Below, in pieces: positions 57,905 to 64,000 of a stretch of DNA of 64,000 nt; the stretch's first letter is position 1; every line of letters begins with the position of its first letter. The stretch comes from Daejeonella sp. (GTDB lineage: Bacteria > Bacteroidota > Bacteroidia > Sphingobacteriales > Sphingobacteriaceae), in NCBI GenBank assembly GCA_037719315.1, contig JBBJNR010000004.1, forward strand, positions 11,737-75,736. The letters run 5' to 3'. The position numbers and the translations under genes were made by a program. Under the pieces are notes generated by a model, which saw only the letters and a program-made list of their open reading frames with translations, did no database searches and was not told the DNA's origin.

Positions 57905-60900
57905 ATGTCCGATATTTTTACAGATGTTTCTGAACATGCCCGGCTGCTTTCCTTAGAGAGCTATCAGATCGTGGATTCTATTCCTGAGAAGGAATATGAT
58001 ACGATCACGCGTTTAGCTTCCTATATCTGCAAAAAACCGATCGCTACGATCACCTTTATTGACCAGGAGAGTCAGTTCATTAAGTCGCACCTGGGAATGG
58101 AAGGGGATAAATCTCCCCGTGAAGATTCCATTTGCCAGCTCACCATCCAGCAGGACGAGTTGTTTGAAATCCGGGATACATTTTCAGATCCGCGCGTGTC
58201 CGGGCTCTCATGTGTTGTTGCGTATCCATACCTCCGCTTTTATGCTGGGGCCCCCCTTATTAATTCTGATGGCTTTAAGCTGGGTTCATTGTGCGTGATG
58301 GATATTGTTCCTGGAGAACTGGATGAACACCAAAGGCAGGCTTTAACAGATCTCGCGGCTGAAGTGGTTTCACATCTGGAGGCGCGCAAGAAAAATATCC
58401 AGCTGAACGCTTTGAATGCTAAATATGAGGGGATCAGCACCATGTTTAACAATTCTGCCGAGCTACAGATTATCATTGACCGCAGCGGAACGATCCTGCT
58501 TATAAATAACGCCGTTGAGAAATTAACGGGCTACTCGCCGGATGAATGCAGGGGGCGACCGATCTCGGATTTCTTCCTGGAAGAGGATATGATCAATATG
58601 CTTCCCAAAGTAGGCGAAGGACTTAGTGCAGGCAAGAAAAATTTTGAAATGGAAACCCGGATCAGGTTAAAGGATGGCGGAGTAAAGTGGATGGGCTGGT
58701 CTGCGGCAACTAAAAATGATAAGTGGTACATCAACGGCAGAGATATTAGTGAGCAGCGAAAGTTGATAGAAGAGCTTGAGCAGTTATCACTTGCTGCGAA
58801 CAGGGTAAATAATGGCGTGGTCATCAGTAACAAGCACAGCCATGTCATTTGGGCGAATGAAGCATCCGAGCTGATTACTGGTTACAGTTCGGCAGATCTT
58901 CTGGGCCATAGGCTGGGCGATAAATTATCCGGGGAACGGACAGATAAAAAGGTGCTGGAGAGGGCCCGGGAGTCTACAAAAAACAAACAGCCCTTTACCG
59001 TTGATCTTTTTGCTTATCGTAAGGACGGAACGCCGATATGGCTGTCCGTTCTGAATTCCGTTATACTTGATGAAAAGGGGGATATTTTTAAGGAAGTAGA
59101 GGTAATCATTGATATAACGTCCCGTAAAAAGGCTCAGGAAGAACTTGAGATGCTTTCTTTGGTGGCAAGTAAATCTGCCAGCGGTGTGGTGATCTGTGAC
59201 GGCAAGGGAAAAGTCACCTGGATAAATGCAGCAACTGAGGATCTTCTGGGCTTTACCTTAGATGAACTTAAGGGCAAGCTGCTTAGCGAGGTTGTCGCTG
59301 GCGAGGGCACAGACGAAGGTGTGCTTGAATACTCCCGCCAGGCATTGGCGAAGAAACGGCCTTACCGGATAGATCTGCAGGTTTATAAAAAAGATGGCAG
59401 TCCCATCTGGCTTCATTCATCTGCAACGCCTATCCTGAATGAGTCCGGTGAAATTGAGCGGCAGGTTGAGATCGTCAATGATATTACTGAACAGAAAAAT
59501 GCGGAAGAACAGCTTACTCTTTTATCGCTTGTAGCTAGCAAAACCATTAACGGAGTTGCTATCAGCACGAGCGACGGAAAGATCAAATGGATCAATGAGG
59601 CGCTTGAAAACTTGACAGGCTACAACCTTGAGGATTTTAAAAATACCCGGCCGGGCGACTTGTTGTCCGGAGAAGGAACAGACCAGGAACTGCTTGCCAC
59701 TGCCAGAAAGCAGGCATCTCTTTGTATCCCTTCGAATATTGAATTGTTAAGCTATAAAAAAGATGGATCACCTGTATGGCTATCGATCTCAAATACGCCA
59801 ACGTTTAATAAAGATGGCAGCCTGGATCAGCAGGTGGAGATCATTAATGATATTTCTGAGCGGAAGCTTGCGGAAGAGGAATTGATAAAAACACGCGAGG
59901 AAGCCCTTCAGCTTAGCAAAGCAAAAGAAACTTTCCTGTCCGTTATGAGCCATGAAATACGCACCCCATTAAATGCCGTTATTGGGATGTCCCATATCCT
60001 CATGGATGATAATCCTACTGAATCTCAAATGGAGAACCTGCAGATCCTGGGATTTTCTGCCCAGAACCTTCTCAAGCTGATCAACGACATTCTTGACTTT
60101 ACTAAGATTGAGACCGGGAATATGGTTCTGGAAGACGTTAATGTGGACCTCAAGGAGCTGGTTACACAAACGCTGAATTCCCTGCAATTTAAAACCGCTG
60201 AAAAAACGGTGGTACTTAAGTCTGAAATTGATCACCGCATCCCAAACTATGTTAGAGGAGACCATACCCGTCTGTACCAGATATTAATAAATCTTCTGGG
60301 CAACGCTGTTAAGTTCACCGAAGATGGCGAGGTGAAGCTCAAGATAGATCTTTTGCAGGAAACTAAGAAAAGCATAAAAGTACGGTTCGAGATCTCTGAT
60401 ACAGGTATCGGCATAGAACCGGATAAGATAGATTACATATTCAGCTCATATACACAAGCCAGTTCAGATACTACCAGGAAATATGGTGGCACCGGTTTAG
60501 GTTTGACTATCACTAAAAGCCTCGTTCAATTATATAATTCAACAATTGTGGTCGAAAGTGAGCTCGGTAAGGGATCTGCATTTAGTTTTGTTATTGATTT
60601 TAACCGTTCAGAAGATCCTTCTATCCAAACAGAAAAGAAAACTCCCCTTCAACAGCTGTCGGCGACTATACTGGTAGTTGATGATAATGAAATGAATCGC
60701 ATTCTGGCGAACAAAGTGCTGGTTAAATGGGGTGTCAAGGTTGATTTTGCTGAAAATGGCCAGATAGCTGTGGACAAGGTGCAGCAATCTGAATATGATC
60801 TTATCCTGATGGATCTGCACATGCCTGTTATGGATGGCATGGAAGCATCCAGGGCTATACGTAATCTAGGGGGATCGTTTACTACGCTGCCTATCGTCGC

Positions 60901-61036
60901 GCTTACCGCATCTATTTTTGCCCACGAACTGGAAACTATCACTGAAAGCGGAATGGATGGTTACGTGATGAAGCCATTTATACCTAACGATCTCTATAAC
61001 AAGATCAGGTCGTTGCTGAAAACCAAACCCCTGTAA
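57905..61036 (+). CDS. Hybrid sensor histidine kinase: GAF + 4 PAS + HisKA + HATPase + REC
   Basis: RFYAGAPL GAF motif; YRKDG PAS repeats; MSHEIRTPLN H-box; NAVKFT, DTGIG, GGTGLGL; ILMDLHMP receiver. Confidence 0.95.
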   Translation: MSDIFTDVSEHARLLSLESYQIVDSIPEKEYDTITRLASYICKKPIATITFIDQESQFIKSHLGMEGDKSPREDSICQLTIQQDELFEIRDTFSDPRVSGLSCVVAYPYLRFYAGAPLINSDGFKLGSLCVMDIVPGELDEHQRQALTDLAAEVVSHLEARKKNIQLNALNAKYEGISTMFNNSAELQIIIDRSGTILLINNAVEKLTGYSPDECRGRPISDFFLEEDMINMLPKVGEGLSAGKKNFEMETRIRLKDGGVKWMGWSAATKNDKWYINGRDISEQRKLIEELEQLSLAANRVNNGVVISNKHSHVIWANEASELITGYSSADLLGHRLGDKLSGERTDKKVLERARESTKNKQPFTVDLFAYRKDGTPIWLSVLNSVILDEKGDIFKEVEVIIDITSRKKAQEELEMLSLVASKSASGVVICDGKGKVTWINAATEDLLGFTLDELKGKLLSEVVAGEGTDEGVLEYSRQALAKKRPYRIDLQVYKKDGSPIWLHSSATPILNESGEIERQVEIVNDITEQKNAEEQLTLLSLVASKTINGVAISTSDGKIKWINEALENLTGYNLEDFKNTRPGDLLSGEGTDQELLATARKQASLCIPSNIELLSYKKDGSPVWLSISNTPTFNKDGSLDQQVEIINDISERKLAEEELIKTREEALQLSKAKETFLSVMSHEIRTPLNAVIGMSHILMDDNPTESQMENLQILGFSAQNLLKLINDILDFTKIETGNMVLEDVNVDLKELVTQTLNSLQFKTAEKTVVLKSEIDHRIPNYVRGDHTRLYQILINLLGNAVKFTEDGEVKLKIDLLQETKKSIKVRFEISDTGIGIEPDKIDYIFSSYTQASSDTTRKYGGTGLGLTITKSLVQLYNSTIVVESELGKGSAFSFVIDFNRSEDPSIQTEKKTPLQQLSATILVVDDNEMNRILANKVLVKWGVKVDFAENGQIAVDKVQQSEYDLILMDLHMPVMDGMEASRAIRNLGGSFTTLPIVALTASIFAHELETITESGMDGYVMKPFIPNDLYNKIRSLLKTKPL

Positions 61037-61217
61037 ATCAGAAAAAGCCGGAGCCTATATGGCATCCAGCTCTTTCTGTCAAAATTAACGCTCTCATGTT
61101 TTTGTACGGTGATTGATGGAAAAGGTTACACGAATTCAGAATTAATTTCTATTTGGCTTTAACAGGGTAATTATCAAAGGTTTAAAATTGATTAAAGGAA
61201 TTAGCCGCGCATCTTTC

Positions 61218-61913
61218 CTACTCCGTAAATGCAAGGGTAACAATACTAATTACGGTTCCCTCAACACCCAGCAATACTGCAGCACATGCTTCGAGCGTAG
61301 CCCCGGTAGTCATAACATCGTCTACCAAAAGAATATGCTTTCCGGCCAGACTAATTTTATCCTTGCAGTAGAATGCACTTTTCAGGTTCTCATATCGTTC
61401 AAACCGGGATTTCCGTGTTTGGGTTTCTGTATTTTCAATTCGTGTTAAATGATCTGACAATACGGGAATATGGAGTACGGATGCCAGCCCCTGTGAAATG
61501 CTCTCACTCTGGTTGTATCCGCGTTGTTTTAATTTTTGGGGATGAAGCGGCACAGGAACAATGAGATCTGGTTTATACCATTCAACAGAGCTGTTTAGCA
61601 CATATGCATACAACTTACCCATTCTGACGCCTGCCTCTGGCCGTTTATTGTATTTCAGCTGGTGCATAATATTCTGTATTCTGCTACCTTTCCGGAAATA
61701 GACATATGAACAGGCCTGACAGAATATAAATCTTCCCCAGAGCTGCTTTGCAAGCTTGTTTAACGGATCTTTATGAAAGTTGGTAACCGGGAGCTGGTAA
61801 ATGCAATTTGTGCAGATGACGTCTTCATTCCTGAAAAGATTTGTCCCGCATCCTGCACAGAGTTCAGGAAAGAATAAGGAGAGGAAGTCCTGGAAGTAGT
61901 GGTTTAGTGTCAT
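61218..61913 (-). CDS. ComF family amidophosphoribosyltransferase-like protein
   Basis: CxxC...CxxC N-terminus, PVPLH, RGYNQS, LLVDDVMTTGATL motifs. Confidence 0.92.
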   Translation of the reverse strand: MTLNHYFQDFLSLFFPELCAGCGTNLFRNEDVICTNCIYQLPVTNFHKDPLNKLAKQLWGRFIFCQACSYVYFRKGSRIQNIMHQLKYNKRPEAGVRMGKLYAYVLNSSVEWYKPDLIVPVPLHPQKLKQRGYNQSESISQGLASVLHIPVLSDHLTRIENTETQTRKSRFERYENLKSAFYCKDKISLAGKHILLVDDVMTTGATLEACAAVLLGVEGTVISIVTLAFTE

Positions 61914-62027
61914 TTTTTAAACAACGAGGTGCGCGGAGGTTTTTTCGCCCGCAAGGCGTTGAAATTAAAATTACAAGATTGTCGTAGCTGTTTGTTCAGC
62001 TGTGCTGCACTTTCCAGTTAACGGTAA

Positions 62028-63068
62028 TTAACTCTTCACCGCCAGCTGTCCGCATGCGGCATCGATATCTTTGCCACGGCTCCTCCGGATATTGGTATTG
62101 ATACCGTGCCTACGCAGGTAACCGGCAAACGCATCAATACGATCGGTTTCGGCATTGAGGAAATCAGCAAACATGATGGGGTTATATTCGATGATGTTCA
62201 CCTTACATGGGATATGCTTGCAAAAGCGGGCCAGCTCTTCCGCATCCTGTAAAGTGTCATTAAAGTCATGGAACACAATATATTCGTAGGTTACGGGATT
62301 CTTGGTCTTGGAAAAATAGTATTTAAGCGCATCAGCAAGCGCTTTTAATGAATTTTGCTCATTGATCGGCATGATCGTGTTTCTCTTCTCATCATTTGCC
62401 GCATGCAAAGAAAGCGCGAGGTTAAAACGCACTTCATCATCTCCCAGTTTCCTGATCATCTTGGCGATGCCGGCCGTAGAAACTGTTATCCTTTTTGCGG
62501 CCATATTCAAACCGTCTTTTGCGGTGACCCGCTCGATAGATTTAAGAACGTTGGCGTAATTAAGGAGAGGCTCACCCATTCCCATGTACACGATATTGGT
62601 TAAAGGGGTTTGATAGTTCTCCTTCGCCTGGCGATCAATGAGAACCACCTGGTCATAGATCTCATCAGGGTTCAGGTTCCGCTTTCGGTCCATGTACCCG
62701 GTTGCGCAAAACTTGCAGGTTAGACTACAGCCCACCTGTGAGCTCACGCATGCGGTCATCCGGTCTGTTGCCGGGATCAGAACACCTTCTATAATATTGC
62801 TATCGTAAAGCTTAAACGTGTTCTTTATTGTTTTATCGGAACTGAACTGGGACTGGTGGATAATGAGATTGTTGATCGTGAACAGATCTTTTAATTTTTC
62901 ACGCAGAGGCTTTGACAGGTTGCTCATCTCCTCGAAATCAGTACATGACTTTTCCCACAGCCATTCGTAAACCTGCTTCGCCCTGAATCCCGGTTCTCCA
63001 AGGGCAGAAAAATGCTCTTTAAGCTGCTCGACAGACAAGCCGCGAATATCTATTTTTGATAGTTCCAT
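62028..63068 (-). CDS. rlmN: 23S rRNA m2A2503 / tRNA methyltransferase RlmN (radical SAM)
   Basis: CVSSQVGCSLTCKFCATG, MGMGEP, SLHA, RGKDIDAACGQL motifs. Confidence 0.97.
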   Translation of the reverse strand: MELSKIDIRGLSVEQLKEHFSALGEPGFRAKQVYEWLWEKSCTDFEEMSNLSKPLREKLKDLFTINNLIIHQSQFSSDKTIKNTFKLYDSNIIEGVLIPATDRMTACVSSQVGCSLTCKFCATGYMDRKRNLNPDEIYDQVVLIDRQAKENYQTPLTNIVYMGMGEPLLNYANVLKSIERVTAKDGLNMAAKRITVSTAGIAKMIRKLGDDEVRFNLALSLHAANDEKRNTIMPINEQNSLKALADALKYYFSKTKNPVTYEYIVFHDFNDTLQDAEELARFCKHIPCKVNIIEYNPIMFADFLNAETDRIDAFAGYLRRHGINTNIRRSRGKDIDAACGQLAVKS

Positions 63069-63212
63069 TTATCCGTCGCAATTTACCAAATCAAAAATTG
63101 AAATTAGTATTCACATCTTTTAAGGATTTTCGCATGACCTTTGGGTAATCTTATTCTATATTTATAGTATAATTAACCTCAAAATTAATGTCGCTTCTCT
63201 TTACATGACGGT

Positions 63213-64000
63213 ATGATCAGGCACTTCAGCGCTGATTTCATTATCCCGGTAAGTGGTGGGCCGATAAAGGATGGAATCGTCTCGGTTGACGACACAGGCA
63301 GGGTCGTTAATTTAGCCGGGAGCGAAGATCCAGGGGCAGGCACCATCAAACGCTTTAAGGGGATTATCGTTCCGGGGTTTGTCAATACACACTGCCACCT
63401 GGAGCTTTCACATCTGGCAGGGAAAATACCTGGAGGAAACGGGCTTATTCCTTTTTTATCGGCAGTGATGGCCAAGCGGACTGCAGACCACAGAGATATT
63501 CTAGAGGCTATGGAGCTTGCCGATAAAGCCATGCAGGAAAATGGGATAGTTGCGGTCGGCGATATTTCAAATAACAGTCTTTCCAAAACGATTAAGCGCG
63601 AGAGCCCGATCCACTATCATACGTTTGTTGAATTTATAGGTTTTGATCCTCAAAACGCTGAAGCAATACTGAACAGGTCCATTGAAATTTTAAAAGAATT
63701 TGAACCCCTGCCGGCTTCCCTGGCGCCACATGCGCCATATTCGGTTTCAAAGGCACTTTTGAAGCTTCTGAGAAAAAACACCACAGGAAGTTATAAGCTT
63801 ACATCCATGCATAACCAGGAAAGCGACGAAGAGAATAAACTATACAGATATAAAACCGGGAAATATATTGATTTTTATAAAAGCTTGAATTTGAATATCG
63901 ACTTTTTCAAGCCTCACGCACGGAATTCCATACAATCGCTCCTTCCGCTATTCTCATCAGAACAGCGGATATTGCTTGTCCATAATACCTTTACAAATCT
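63213..64000 (+). CDS. Metal-dependent amidohydrolase, truncated by the window end
   Basis: Translated by hand: MIRHFSADFIIPV...IVPGFVNTHCHLELSH (HxH motif), later APHAPYSVS. Confidence 0.88.
   Translation, partial: MIRHFSADFIIPVSGGPIKDGIVSVDDTGRVVNLAGSEDPGAGTIKRFKGIIVPGFVNTHCHLELSHLAGKIPGGNGLIPFLSAVMAKRTADHRDILEAMELADKAMQENGIVAVGDISNNSLSKTIKRESPIHYHTFVEFIGFDPQNAEAILNRSIEILKEFEPLPASLAPHAPYSVSKALLKLLRKNTTGSYKLTSMHNQESDEENKLYRYKTGKYIDFYKSLNLNIDFFKPHARNSIQSLLPLFSSEQRILLVHNTFTN

Noticed and set aside
61929-61960. gcgcggaggttttttcgcccgc, resembling the left arm of the 11543 element
   Set aside because: Too short, and no partner arm
129-63586. Numerous 60-170 aa ORFs in the track lying antisense or out of frame within known genes (e.g. 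20133-20642, 42034-42486, 53703-54167, 63185-63586)
   Set aside because: Shadow ORFs of well-supported genes, with no motifs of their own

Overview
A gene-dense chromosomal backbone segment from a Bacteroidota bacterium, most like Sphingobacteriaceae (Pedobacter/Daejeonella-like). The lineage is inferred from protein style, TAnnTTTG promoters and the sprA-ruvA-maeB and tatA-gatA-lytic transglycosylase gene orders. About 56 CDS, nearly all housekeeping: uvrA, nnr, gcvT/H, rnhB, ruvC/A, greA, rsmA, pdxA, rpmF-plsX-fabH-accBC, tatC/tatA, feoAB, T9SS sprA, gatA, dut, dxs, scpA, glyA, rlmN and a multi-PAS hybrid kinase. I found no transposase, integrase, prophage, CRISPR array, rRNA, tRNA or defence system. 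The unusual material is between the genes. (1) At least eight loci carry short tandem arrays with 7-nt (once 8-nt) periodicity. Each has its own unit sequence, and two-armed loci always place a G-containing arm before its C-containing reverse complement. They may be empty sites or scars of one element class. (2) REP/REPIN-like palindromic modules, one with a 28-bp mini-element nested inside. (3) An unannotated 41-aa Cys-rich lipoprotein gene upstream of feoAB. (4) A terminator-like hairpin in the greA leader. (5) A frameshifted nitronate-monooxygenase-family gene. All calls were made by eye, without database searches.
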